Assembly (NCBI GenBank): GCA_017513085.1
Contig: JAFWDK010000022.1
Location: 32,001-96,000 of the forward strand
Reading direction: 5' to 3'
DNA: 64,000 nt
Source: Clostridiales bacterium
GTDB lineage: Bacteria > Bacillota > Clostridia > Saccharofermentanales > Saccharofermentanaceae
Made by a program: the position numbers and the translations under genes
Part shown: in pieces, positions 38,501 to 48,731 of the stretch
Position numbering within the stretch: the stretch's first letter is position 1
Layout: every line of letters begins with the position of its first letter
The notes under the pieces: generated by a model
Databases searched by the model: none
What the model saw: only the letters and a program-made list of their open reading frames with translations
What the model was told of the DNA's origin: nothing

Positions 38501-40126
38501 ATGAAACTTAGAAGTAAATTGACTACTGTTTTTGCAGTTGTCCTTTCTGTTGTGCTGGTACCGATTGCGGCGTCGAAGATACATCTTGAAGATGTATCGG
38601 AAGTGTCAGGCGTTCTTTCTGTCCGTCAGCAGGCTTGTTCCCGCGCTGTCGAGCAGAACCTGGGCCGGGAACCGGAGGCGACAGTCACACCGCCTGTATC
38701 TCCTACACCGACACCGGAAGGAATGCCGATCAACGACAGTAATTTCCCGGACGCCATGTTCCGCGAATATGTTTTCCGGTACGATGCGAACCGGAATGGT
38801 TATCTTACAGAAGACGAGATCGCAACCATTACGGATATCCTTTGTCCTAAGAAGGGGATCACGAATCTGTCCGGCATCCAGTACTTCTCGAACCTCAGGA
38901 ATCTTGTCGTAAATGATAATGCGATCACTTCTGTGGAGCTTCGATACAATACTAATCTTGAGATCCTTTATATCAACAACAACAACCTCCAGTCTCTGGA
39001 CATCAGTCACAATCCGAAACTGAGGATGCTGGTGTGCTTTAATAATCAGCTTCCCAGTCTTGATGTTTGTCAGAATACCAAACTGGAGAGTCTGGATTGT
39101 TCCACAAACAGGATCAAATACATTGATGTCAGTAAATGCGCAAACCTTTGTAATTTGAAGGTGGAAGGCAATCAGCTTACCTATCTTGATATTTCCCGCG
39201 TGCCTTTGATCAAACAGACGTATGAGACCGGTACCCGAAGTGAAGCAAACGGAAAAGTCTATTACCATATGTCGGCAAACAACAAGATCTACATGTTCAA
39301 TGTGGATGCAAGCGTGCGCGTCAGTTCCGATGGAACCGGTTCCCCGTTCCCGACCCCGTCTGACCCGACTCCTTCTCCGAACGACCCGTCTTTCGGCGAT
39401 TTCGTAGAACGTCTCTACAAGGTCGCGCTTGGCCGTGATTCTGAACCGGAGGGAAAAGCTTTCTGGATCAATAAAGTAGTTAAAGAAGGTGCGACCGGTG
39501 CGGAGTGCGCCCGCTACTTCCTGCTGACGGCTCCTGAGTTTATGAACCGCAAGCTCCCTAACGAAGAGTTCCTGGAGACTTTGTATCACACGTTCTTTGA
39601 CCGTGAATCAGATGAGGTAGGTAAGGCTTTCTGGCTGGATCAGATGACTAAGGGCACACCCAAAAAAGATGTGGTGAATGCTTTTATCGAGTCTGAGGAG
39701 TGGTGTGATATCTGCGCAACATACGGAGTTAAGTCCGGCGCAGTAGCGCATAAGGCAAAGATCGTTTCCAAGAATGCAAAAGCATTCGCGACCCGTCTTT
39801 ATACTTGTTGCCTGGGCCGTGCGCCTGAGGAAGGCGGCTTGCAATACTGGGGCCTGGCATTAACGAATCTGGAAAAATCCGGATTTGCAGCTGCCTACCA
39901 GTTCTTCCATTCTGAAGAATTCAACAATTACCGTTTCTCGGATGGCGAATACATTCGACGTCTCTATACCACTTTCATGGGCAGAGAACCGGAAGTAAAC
40001 GGATTTAACTTCTGGCTGAATGCTCTGGCTAACGGAACTGATCGCGATACCGTACTGGTTGAGTTTGCCAAGTCTACGGAGTTCGGTAATATCTGTCTCA
40101 CATATGGTATCGACCGAGGTGTGTAA
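38501..40126 (+). CDS. secreted leucine-rich-repeat protein with C-terminal DUF4214 repeats
   Basis: Signal peptide; NFPD..FR.Y...D.N.NG.L cap; internalin-like LRRs; FVERLY..ALGR..E..G..FW repeats. Confidence 0.85.
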   Translation: MKLRSKLTTVFAVVLSVVLVPIAASKIHLEDVSEVSGVLSVRQQACSRAVEQNLGREPEATVTPPVSPTPTPEGMPINDSNFPDAMFREYVFRYDANRNGYLTEDEIATITDILCPKKGITNLSGIQYFSNLRNLVVNDNAITSVELRYNTNLEILYINNNNLQSLDISHNPKLRMLVCFNNQLPSLDVCQNTKLESLDCSTNRIKYIDVSKCANLCNLKVEGNQLTYLDISRVPLIKQTYETGTRSEANGKVYYHMSANNKIYMFNVDASVRVSSDGTGSPFPTPSDPTPSPNDPSFGDFVERLYKVALGRDSEPEGKAFWINKVVKEGATGAECARYFLLTAPEFMNRKLPNEEFLETLYHTFFDRESDEVGKAFWLDQMTKGTPKKDVVNAFIESEEWCDICATYGVKSGAVAHKAKIVSKNAKAFATRLYTCCLGRAPEEGGLQYWGLALTNLEKSGFAAAYQFFHSEEFNNYRFSDGEYIRRLYTTFMGREPEVNGFNFWLNALANGTDRDTVLVEFAKSTEFGNICLTYGIDRGV

Positions 40127-40179
40127 TACGCGGGCAGATCTATAAAGAACACCAGATAGATCAATAAACAGAAAAAGAT

Positions 40180-40226
40180 ATACCCTGCCGGTTAAAAGAG
40201 GAAGCAATGACAAACCGGCAGGGTAT
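40180..40226. terminator. hairpin between convergent genes
   Basis: ATACCCTGCCGGTT...AACCGGCAGGGTAT, 14-bp inverted repeat. Confidence 0.65.
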
Positions 40227-40266
40227 TCTGTTGAAGGGTATCGCTTTCGAAAAGTGTCAGATCTGA

Positions 40267-41025
40267 TCACCAGCCCAGATCCATGAGCCAGTTGTTTATT
40301 GCGCGCTCGCGGTCACGGGCGGACAAACCTTCGGGTGTTTTATATTCGCTTCTGATATTGCCGTCAGCGATATAAAGAACACGGGAGCAGCGGGAAGCAA
40401 CTTTTGCATCGTGAGTAACCATCAGGATGGTGGTACCGTCTGCATTCAGTTTTTCGATCTCTTCCATGACTTCTGAAGAAGACTGGCGGTTCAGTGCACC
40501 GGTCGGCTCATCGGCGAAAAGGATCTTCGGGTTATTCACCATGCTTCTGGCGATGCATGCACGCTGGAGCTGACCTCCGGAAACTTCGTTAATATCGTTA
40601 TCCGCAATCTCAATGATGCCAAGCTTGCGCATCAACGCCTCGCAGCGGGCGACTTTCTCCTTACGGCTTTCTTCGCTTTTGTCGCACTCGATCGCCGGAA
40701 GGAGAATGTTATCCATGATCGTCAGATTTTTCATCATGAACATTTGCTGGAAAATGAAGCCCATGTCGTTGAGACGTACGGACGCAAGTTCTTTTTCCGA
40801 CAGAGTCGAGATATCTTTTCCATCAAGAATGACTTTCCCGGAAGTGGCCTTATCCATACCGGACACAGCGTAGAGAAGAGTGCTTTTGCCTGAGCCGGAC
40901 GGGCCCATGATGCCTACCATCTCTCCTTCTTCAATGCTGAAGTTGACATTTTTAAGGACATTGTTCTGGCGCTTCTCGATAACATAGGTTTTGCAGAGAT
41001 CTCTGATTTCCATTAACTTTTTCAT
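40267..41025 (-). CDS. ABC transporter ATP-binding protein (LolD/MacB family)
   Basis: GPSGSGKS, VSGGQLQR, FADEPTGAL, VTHD. Confidence 0.92.
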   Translation of the reverse strand: MKKLMEIRDLCKTYVIEKRQNNVLKNVNFSIEEGEMVGIMGPSGSGKSTLLYAVSGMDKATSGKVILDGKDISTLSEKELASVRLNDMGFIFQQMFMMKNLTIMDNILLPAIECDKSEESRKEKVARCEALMRKLGIIEIADNDINEVSGGQLQRACIARSMVNNPKILFADEPTGALNRQSSSEVMEEIEKLNADGTTILMVTHDAKVASRCSRVLYIADGNIRSEYKTPEGLSARDRERAINNWLMDLGW

Positions 41026-41062
41026 ATTTTTATTCCTCCGTATTGTTAGCCTTGGTGGCAGA

Positions 41063-43426
41063 TCATTCGATATTTGCGGTGTCGCTGGACTTGATGGTTT
41101 TGCTCGAGAGCGAGGTGAAGAACGCGACGATCAGGGTTGTCAGGATGATGATCCCGGGGTAGATCAGGAAGATCTGAAGCGGGTCGATGGCGTAGTCGAT
41201 CTTTTGCACGCCCATCATGCCGAAGATCGGGCTGATGCACAGCTTCGTCATAGGGATGGAGAGCGCGATGGAAAGAAGCATGGAGAAGAGTGTGACGATG
41301 CCGAATCTCAATACATGCCAGCGGCAGATGGTACTATTCTTAAATCCGATGGCTTTAAGAAGCGCGATCTGGCTCTTCTCGTCGGCGATGAAGGAAACTT
41401 CCATCATGATGGTCACCAGGATCACGATCAGGATCGTGACTGCGAAAAGCAGATACTGTACGGCAACCATGGTAGGTACGACACTAATACAGGATGCGAC
41501 ATACTCTGCGCAATTTTCTACATTATCGTGTATGAAATTCTGTTTAATGATCTCTTTTCTTTCTTCGATGACTTTACTGTTTGGATGGTCGTCAAAATCG
41601 ATCTGGAAAGCCATTGTTGAGGTCATGTATTTCGGATCGACCGGTGCATCCGGATGCAAGCGCAGGATCTCGCCCATCTGGTTAAAGGACTGGTAATATC
41701 CGGTAATAATACAGTCGATCTTTTCTGTAACGAAATCGATCGTGATGATGTCGCCGATCTTAAGATTCAGCTTATCGCTTAAAATCTTCGTGATCGCCAC
41801 TTCGTTTCTGTTCTGCGGACGGCTTCCTTCGAGAAAAACAAGGTCTTCGAATTTGGTACGGAAGCCATGTTCACAGACCACACGGTTGCTTTTGCCATTG
41901 AATTCTATGCTGTAAGTGAACTGTCCTTCCTGAGAGAAGTGTCCGGGAATACCGAGTTCGGCGAGCTTCTTGTCTTTCTCGTCAAAGTAGTTTTCCATGT
42001 ATTCCTTATCATTTCCCATGAGCTTCATTGATTCGGAAACACTATCTATATAGAGATCACTTCTGGTGCCAAAAGAACCGATCAGGTTTTCGCTTTGCAT
42101 GGTGTTGGTGGTGTTGACCAGCATCAGTACGAAGAGCATGCACAATGTGAATGCAAGGATGATGGAGAAATAGCGCTTCGGACCGCTGACGGTATCGTTG
42201 ATGGATAGAAAAGAACTTACGCTGCATCTCTTTGTGCGGTTCAGGTGAAGCTTGCTCTTCTTATGATAGCGCTCACCGCTTTGACCTGCGCGAATGGCAT
42301 CAACCGGTGTTGCTTTCTTAACGATCTTAGTTGCCAGGTAAGCAAGCAATACGATGGTGATCACAACGAGCAAAGCACCTATTGCGTTGATCAGGATTCC
42401 GAAGTTGTTGCCGAGGACCATGTTATCGGTTACCGAGGAAAGCAACAGCTTTGTCAACGGGATGCTGAGGAAGAAGCCCAGAATAGAACCGATGATGGCT
42501 AGTCCAAGATATTTTGTCAGATACAAGGAACGGATCTTTCTGTTATTGATGCCGATGGCTTTCATGACGCCGATCTCTCTGTATTCTTTGGAGATCGTGA
42601 AGGAAAGCGAGACTTTCAAAACCACGAAGGAAAGAATGATCAGGCATATGGAAAGAAGCAGCACGATGAATGCTACGATCATGTCCATGACATAACACAT
42701 GGCTATGAGGGAGGCGGGTTTGGCAAGGGAAAAATTGCAATCGGAGATCGCTTCTGTAACTGCATCAGTATCGGTGGTGTCGAGACAGCAGATCTGACCG
42801 GAATACATTGTGGCGATTTCTTCATTAGTGGCAAGCTTCTCATAGTCTTCCGTGTGCATCAGGATACGGGTATTGCCCATAAAATCAGATCCCAGAAGGG
42901 CGTCCTTGACTTTTCCGTCTATGATGAGCCTCAAAGAAATACCGCTCTGACCGATTTCGATGATGTCGCCCGGCTTGAGATTATTTTTGCTCATAAAGCT
43001 ACCGGTTACATAACAGTGCCCAGGTTCCAGTGCTTTTGGCGTCTCATTATTCTTATCGAAAAAGTGGAAGGTTGTCTTTGAATAATCCTGCATGATCAGC
43101 ACGTTCCGTGTATCGATACTGCTTCCGTCGACTGCTTTCAAGGAATCCTGTGAAGCATAGATCACTGTATCCATACGATACGAGGTGATAGACGGTTCCG
43201 TGGCAAGAATATCATCCAGCGCGCCAACTGAATCCTTACCCATTGTGATAATGATGAAGTCTCCGACTCCGGCTTTCTCCAGATAATAGCCGGTCCCGTT
43301 CATGATCGTGATTACGTTATTCAGGCCTGCGCCCACGAACATGGCTGCCAGAGTGATAAAGAGCAGTACGATCAGGTTCATGGTCTTTTTCTTTTTCAGT
43401 TCCTTTTTTAATATACGTAGAAACAT
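41063..43426 (-). CDS. ABC transporter permease, double FtsX domain
   Basis: REIGVMKAIG and QIALLKAIG motifs; two groups of 4 TM. Confidence 0.88.
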   Translation of the reverse strand: MFLRILKKELKKKKTMNLIVLLFITLAAMFVGAGLNNVITIMNGTGYYLEKAGVGDFIIITMGKDSVGALDDILATEPSITSYRMDTVIYASQDSLKAVDGSSIDTRNVLIMQDYSKTTFHFFDKNNETPKALEPGHCYVTGSFMSKNNLKPGDIIEIGQSGISLRLIIDGKVKDALLGSDFMGNTRILMHTEDYEKLATNEEIATMYSGQICCLDTTDTDAVTEAISDCNFSLAKPASLIAMCYVMDMIVAFIVLLLSICLIILSFVVLKVSLSFTISKEYREIGVMKAIGINNRKIRSLYLTKYLGLAIIGSILGFFLSIPLTKLLLSSVTDNMVLGNNFGILINAIGALLVVITIVLLAYLATKIVKKATPVDAIRAGQSGERYHKKSKLHLNRTKRCSVSSFLSINDTVSGPKRYFSIILAFTLCMLFVLMLVNTTNTMQSENLIGSFGTRSDLYIDSVSESMKLMGNDKEYMENYFDEKDKKLAELGIPGHFSQEGQFTYSIEFNGKSNRVVCEHGFRTKFEDLVFLEGSRPQNRNEVAITKILSDKLNLKIGDIITIDFVTEKIDCIITGYYQSFNQMGEILRLHPDAPVDPKYMTSTMAFQIDFDDHPNSKVIEERKEIIKQNFIHDNVENCAEYVASCISVVPTMVAVQYLLFAVTILIVILVTIMMEVSFIADEKSQIALLKAIGFKNSTICRWHVLRFGIVTLFSMLLSIALSIPMTKLCISPIFGMMGVQKIDYAIDPLQIFLIYPGIIILTTLIVAFFTSLSSKTIKSSDTANIE

Positions 43427-43626
43427 CTTTCATCCACCTTATTGTGTTTTTTTGCTCCATGATCGGCCCTTTGTTCCCGTGATGGTTTGTTTGCGTTGGC
43501 TATTATGAACGCAGGGCCTCTCATGTTGTGGCTCTATCATACTGCTTGAAATATTAAACAATCATTAAATGGTTTTTGGTATGAACGAAGGCCGGTGAGT
43601 GACCACGAAAAAAGTTTTGAAAAAAA

Positions 43627-43657
43627 TGCAACGTTTTACATACTTCATTCGTCTAAT
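43627..43657 (+). promoter_or_regulatory. ECF-sigma-type promoter upstream of the DUF4349 gene
   Basis: TGCAAC-N17-CGTCTAAT, matching the AAC...CGT pattern of Firmicute ECF promoters. Confidence 0.6.
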
Positions 43658-43743
43658 AATCAGATGAGACAATTCGATCGGCCGAAAAGAGAAAAATCGC
43701 GCGGGAAATCGGCCGGAATCGAAATCAAGGAGGAAGATAGAAT

Positions 43744-45105
43744 ATGAAAAAGAAATTAGTATCAAGTATATTGGCTGCTTTCATGATCACGGCCATGCTA
43801 TCTGGCTGTTCATCAAAAGCCGCAGATACCACAAGAGCTAACAAGTCCGTCAGTATGGCAAATGCAGTAGCCGGAGACAGATCATATCTTGCAGAACAGA
43901 CAACATTTGCTGCCGATAAGGAATATTTTTACGAAGAGGAAAATGCGGACGACATTGATTTTGCCTACGAAACCACAGCAGCAATGCCTGCCGGCAATAC
44001 GCCGACAGAATCGGATAGCTCTGCACCGGTGTCCGAAACGGCCGGAAACGCAGATACCAAAGTGGATATTTCGAAAGAAATGCTGGTATATCGTTGCAGC
44101 ATGGCAATGGATACGACCGACTTTGAAAAAGCTCTTTCTCTATTGAAGGCAAAGATCAGCGAATACCACGGATTTATTGAAAAAGAAAACCAGACGGACG
44201 GAAGCTTTTCAAGTGGCCGGTATCTGATTGAAGAAGATGAGAAAGATTATTACTACTATGCCACGATCCGTATTCCTTCCGCGTATTACGAATCTTTTGT
44301 TTCTTCAACAGAAGGCATCGGTATCCTTCGTTCGAAAAACTCCAGCGTGGACAACGTGTCCACCCGTTACGGTACGTTGAAGAATGAACTGGAGATCTAC
44401 GAAGCGGAGTATCAGCGCTACCTGAAGCAGTATGAAGAGACCCAAGATGAGAAGATTGCCTTGCAGGTCCAGAGTGAACTGCGGAGAATGGCACTGACGA
44501 TCTCTGACCTCAAGACGGAGATGAGCATGCTCGAGAGCGATGTTGCCTATTCCTATGTTTCTGTGACGATCCATAAAGTGACGCAGAGACAATTGGATGA
44601 GGAGAAAAAGAGAAAAGAAGAAGAGCAGAAGAGACTCGAAGAAGAACAAAAGAGACTCGAAGAAGAACAAAAGAAGAAAGAAGAAGAGGAGAAATTCAGC
44701 AACCGTGTTTCCAATGCGGCGAAAGAATCCTGGGAAGAATTCCTGGCATTTATGGAAGGTATCCTGCTTTTCTTCATCCTCAACTGGTGGACGCTTCTGA
44801 TCCTGTTGATCGTTGCGGCAGTAATCTTCTTTATCATCCGTCATCAAGTGAAAAAGGCAAAGAAAAAAGCAGCTGTCCGTAATGAAGAGCAGCAGAAAAG
44901 ACAGGAAGCATATCTGGCGGCGAAGTACGGATCGGCCGTAAATCCGGGAAAAACTGAAAACGCAAATGGCGAGAAGCCGGACGCGATCAAGACTCCTGAG
45001 AAAGTAAAAGCCTCTGTTTCGGAAGCACATAATGCCGACGGGAAAGCAGTTGAAAAGGCAGAAGAGAAGAAAGCCGATGACAAGAACGAGGAACAGAAGA
45101 AATAA
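43744..45105 (+). CDS. DUF4349-domain lipoprotein
   Basis: Lipobox LSGC; GFIEKE, TIRIPS, VDNVSTRY, VAYS.VSV; C-terminal TM; EEEQKRL tandem repeat. Confidence 0.82.
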   Translation: MKKKLVSSILAAFMITAMLSGCSSKAADTTRANKSVSMANAVAGDRSYLAEQTTFAADKEYFYEEENADDIDFAYETTAAMPAGNTPTESDSSAPVSETAGNADTKVDISKEMLVYRCSMAMDTTDFEKALSLLKAKISEYHGFIEKENQTDGSFSSGRYLIEEDEKDYYYYATIRIPSAYYESFVSSTEGIGILRSKNSSVDNVSTRYGTLKNELEIYEAEYQRYLKQYEETQDEKIALQVQSELRRMALTISDLKTEMSMLESDVAYSYVSVTIHKVTQRQLDEEKKRKEEEQKRLEEEQKRLEEEQKKKEEEEKFSNRVSNAAKESWEEFLAFMEGILLFFILNWWTLLILLIVAAVIFFIIRHQVKKAKKKAAVRNEEQQKRQEAYLAAKYGSAVNPGKTENANGEKPDAIKTPEKVKASVSEAHNADGKAVEKAEEKKADDKNEEQKK

Positions 45106-45322
45106 GCATCTTTCCGACGGGAAGGAATTCCCGTAAATCATAGAATGCAGCTTCCAACGAGGGAGGCGATTCCAAAGAAGTACTACCCTCCTCTGGCAAA
45201 AAAGCAGAAAAAGAAACGAAAAAGAAACTGAAAAACTTCTTTGGAAGCATGAAGAACACCGGAACACCTGACCACAATCACCCAATGTGGCCGAAAGGGT
45301 TCCGGTGTTTTTTATGTAGAGA

Positions 45323-46684
45323 TCATGCTTTTTTCACAACGACGGTAACTGCGAAAGTCTGGTCATTTTCCCGGTTTTTATTCTCCACCCCGATCTTGGC
45401 AAAGATGTCTCCGTTCATCATGCGCATAAGGCTTCGGGCGATGTAAAGACCCAGACCGGAACCGTTGACCTTGTCGGCATTGCTTCCACGATAGAAGGAC
45501 TCGAACAGGTGAGGCACTTCATCTTCCTGGATAGAGCATCCGCTGTTGGTTACCGTGATCAGACGGCAGTCTTCTTCGTCCGAAAAAGAAATCTTGACCC
45601 AGCGTCCATCACCATATTTGATCGCGTTTTCCAAAATGTTCTGCAGCACCTCCTCCAGGCGGGCCGAATCTCCGAAAAGAAGAACATCCGAGTATTCTTC
45701 CATGGAAAATGAAGTGTGCAGAGAAGAGAATTTTTCACGATATAACACATCAATGCGCGACATAACTTCATCCAGATAGAACTCATTGATCACTACTTCC
45801 AGATTCAGAAAATCTTCTTTGGAAGCTGTGACGATATCCGCTACATACTTTTCGATCTGTGATGCATTGTGGGCAATGCCGGAAACAGCTTCGCGGCGCT
45901 TCTCCTCAGTGTCGTAGAGGTTCTCATCCAGCGCTCGCGCATAAAGCTTGATGGCGGAAAGCGGAGTCTTTATGTCGTGTGACAGAGAAAGGATCAATGT
46001 CTTCTTGTCCTTTTGCAAAGCGAGCTCGCGCTCTTTGTTGGATTCAAGATTATCACGGAGCATGTTGATCCCCCACAGGAATTTACCGAAAAATTTATTC
46101 TGATCTGCCTTGACCGGCACGCTCAGATTTCCACGGGCCAGCTCGATGGAAAGATTGCTCATCTTGTGGAAGGGGCGCAGGACCTTCTGATTCACATAGA
46201 TCAGGATGATCACAGTAAATATGAAGCAGGAGAGCATACCCAGATCCATGTAAAGAAGCGGGCGGATATCCGGTTTGATCTCATATTCAAAACAGATGAT
46301 CTTTCCGAGAACTTCCCGCACCTCGTAATTGTTATTGATCACTTCATTGGCCTGGAACAAGGATACGCGGATCAGAGATGGGTATTTTTTTATATCAAAA
46401 TTCCCGGTTGACGAGATATGAGAAGTAAAGGACTGCTCCTCGTCACGACGGTAATCGAAAATGAAATCGCCGCTATCCTTGTATTGATCTGCAAGTTCGA
46501 TCGCTGCACGGGAAATATCGACACGATACTGCCGGTTGGCGTCCTGACGAAGGCTTCCAAGGACCAGGAAATTGCAAACGCCGAAAAAAAACAGTTCCAT
46601 CACCACGATCACGATGGCGATGCCCCGGAATTTTCTCAAGCCGGAGCTTTGTTTATAATTCTCGGCTTGATGTCGTTTACTCAT
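45323..46684 (-). CDS. sensor histidine kinase (HAMP-HisKA-HATPase)
   Basis: SHDIKTPL, NILENAIKY, FYRG, GSGLGL; start ATG 46684 overlaps the response-regulator stop. Confidence 0.92.
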   Translation of the reverse strand: MSKRHQAENYKQSSGLRKFRGIAIVIVVMELFFFGVCNFLVLGSLRQDANRQYRVDISRAAIELADQYKDSGDFIFDYRRDEEQSFTSHISSTGNFDIKKYPSLIRVSLFQANEVINNNYEVREVLGKIICFEYEIKPDIRPLLYMDLGMLSCFIFTVIILIYVNQKVLRPFHKMSNLSIELARGNLSVPVKADQNKFFGKFLWGINMLRDNLESNKERELALQKDKKTLILSLSHDIKTPLSAIKLYARALDENLYDTEEKRREAVSGIAHNASQIEKYVADIVTASKEDFLNLEVVINEFYLDEVMSRIDVLYREKFSSLHTSFSMEEYSDVLLFGDSARLEEVLQNILENAIKYGDGRWVKISFSDEEDCRLITVTNSGCSIQEDEVPHLFESFYRGSNADKVNGSGLGLYIARSLMRMMNGDIFAKIGVENKNRENDQTFAVTVVVKKA

Positions 46685-47339
46685 AGCGGTATCCTGTTCC
46701 CCACACGGTGATGATGTGCACCGGCTTTTTCGGATCCTCTTCGATCTTCTCACGGAGCCACTTAATATGGACCGTCAGTGTCTGAATTTCCGATTCGCTG
46801 TCCGCACCCCAGATCGTATTAAAAAGATATTCTTTCCGCAAGGTAGTGTTCTTGTTTTCGATGAGCAGACGAAGAAGAGAAAACTCCTTTTCTGTCACGA
46901 CGATCGGTCGGTCATTCACAAAAAGCGTCCTTTGTACGGTGTTTAATCTCAAAGGTCCATCAACGATTTCCTCTACTGCATATTTGCGCTTGAAAATGCC
47001 ACGGATCTTGGCAAGCAGGATATCAATGTCGTACGGCTTCTCGATATAGTCATCCGCACCCAGCGCCAGCCCCTCGAGCTTGCTGTCCTTGTCGCTCTTG
47101 GCACTTGCAATAATGATGTGCGTATTGGAGGACTCACGGATCTTGCTGCACACGGCAAACCCATCGATCCCCGGCAACATGATATCCAGTACCATAAGTT
47201 TGGCTCCGTACTTCTCAAAAAGCTCTAGCGCCCGTTCTCCTGTCGGTGCGATGGCTACAGTGTAGTTTTCTTTTTTCAGAAAGTCGGAAAGAAGATTCCC
47301 GATCTCCTGATTGTCTTCACAGATAATGATGTCCGGCAT
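46677..47339 (-). CDS. OmpR-family response regulator
   Basis: ICEDN, LDIMLPGIDG, GADDYIEKP, VHIKWLREKIE, TVWGTGY. Confidence 0.93.
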   Translation of the reverse strand: MPDIIICEDNQEIGNLLSDFLKKENYTVAIAPTGERALELFEKYGAKLMVLDIMLPGIDGFAVCSKIRESSNTHIIIASAKSDKDSKLEGLALGADDYIEKPYDIDILLAKIRGIFKRKYAVEEIVDGPLRLNTVQRTLFVNDRPIVVTEKEFSLLRLLIENKNTTLRKEYLFNTIWGADSESEIQTLTVHIKWLREKIEEDPKKPVHIITVWGTGYRYE

Positions 47340-47518
47340 TGAGTATCTCCAGTTTCTATCTCGCAAAATTATCGGATTATACGTTTATTATATCATGCAA
47401 CAAATTTGCTCATGAAATGCTAATCGGAAATAGGAATATGTTTCGATATTTCAGACCGGCAGCTCTTGTTGGAAAGAGGCGCAGATATTAGAATAGTCGA
47501 AGAAGGAGGAACTAAAAC

Positions 47519-48649
47519 ATGACACAGCTGAATCAGAGCGTCAAGAAGCATTCCTGTCCGACATGCGGAGGTCAGCTCACAGTTGACATCGCCAGTCAGA
47601 TGTATGTATGTCCTTTCTGTGGTGTGAATTTCGACTACGAGTATTTCCGTGAAGACGATGTACTGGCACGTGCCTCCCGCGCATTGCAGGCCAAAGAATA
47701 TAAATCGGCCGGAGAAGCTTACGATTTTATGCTGACTAAGGATCCTCACAATTTCGAAGCATTGCGTGGAAAAATACTTGTTTCCGCCGGCATTCCGACG
47801 ATTCAGGCTCTTCGTCAGCCGGAGACGCTTCGTGGCATGAACTATAAAGTGGTACAGGATAATGTACTTCATGCGGTCGAGGTGTCCCAACCGGAACATA
47901 CAGGCTATTTTTCCAAGATGCAAGAGCTTCTCAAGACGGGAAAAGCGTATCAAAGCGAGGTCGGGAAGACCAGTTTGTCCCGTAATGAGCGGAAAGAGCA
48001 ATATGCACGCATCCGCAGATACGAACACAAGATCGATGAAGAGTACCTCAACTTTCCCGATCGGTGGGATCATGACGAAGTTACATCGGTTCATCCGAAG
48101 ACCACGATCTTCGGCGCTCTGGCCATCTACGGTGTGTGGGTCCTGCTGATGGTGATCCTCCTGGGTACAGTAGGCGGGAAATCCTATTCATCCGATACTT
48201 CCCGGAAAGCTTCAATAAGCATCGTTACTTCGATCGTTCAGCCCGGGGCTAAAACAAGCGATCAAAGTTCGAAGAGCAAGGAAAACAATACGATCTCGAG
48301 ATATTTGAAAGATTACGATAGGCTAATCGCTCAGCCTTCCAGAGAAGCGAAAGAGAAGGAAGAAAAGGAGACGACGCGTTTTCTCTGGGGCTTGATCATT
48401 CTTCCCGGCCTGGCAGTGGCTGCATTTGTGGCATATTCAGCTTGGAAGTGGAATAACATCAAGCAATTTGAGGAGAAGATCCGACAGGAAGAAAAGATTG
48501 CAGGAGAGATCACTTCGCAGGTCAATCAGCATGAAAGTGAAGCGAACCGCCTTCGTGCGCAGATCAATAAACTATATTCAGAAATGATGAAGCTGGATCC
48601 CATGCCGGAGGCCATGCTGCCTTGGCCGAAGTCGAAAGAAAATAAATAA
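47519..48649 (+). CDS. zinc-ribbon / TPR-like membrane protein
   Basis: CPTCGG...CPFCG; TPR-like helix pair (AGEAYDFMLTKDPHNFEALRGK); 2 TM; coiled coils. Confidence 0.7.
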   Translation: MTQLNQSVKKHSCPTCGGQLTVDIASQMYVCPFCGVNFDYEYFREDDVLARASRALQAKEYKSAGEAYDFMLTKDPHNFEALRGKILVSAGIPTIQALRQPETLRGMNYKVVQDNVLHAVEVSQPEHTGYFSKMQELLKTGKAYQSEVGKTSLSRNERKEQYARIRRYEHKIDEEYLNFPDRWDHDEVTSVHPKTTIFGALAIYGVWVLLMVILLGTVGGKSYSSDTSRKASISIVTSIVQPGAKTSDQSSKSKENNTISRYLKDYDRLIAQPSREAKEKEEKETTRFLWGLIILPGLAVAAFVAYSAWKWNNIKQFEEKIRQEEKIAGEITSQVNQHESEANRLRAQINKLYSEMMKLDPMPEAMLPWPKSKENK

Positions 48650-48731
48650 GTACAGCCGCTATAGAAAAAGAAACATCTTCACATATATGTGGTATACTTG
48701 TATGTAAGTTAAATGAAAGTGGGTATTTCTT

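Noticed and set aside
44617-44675. 21-bp tandem repeat as a possible CRISPR or contingency locus
   Set aside because: It is an in-frame coding repeat (EEEQKRL) in a coiled coil, with no spacers and no cas genes.
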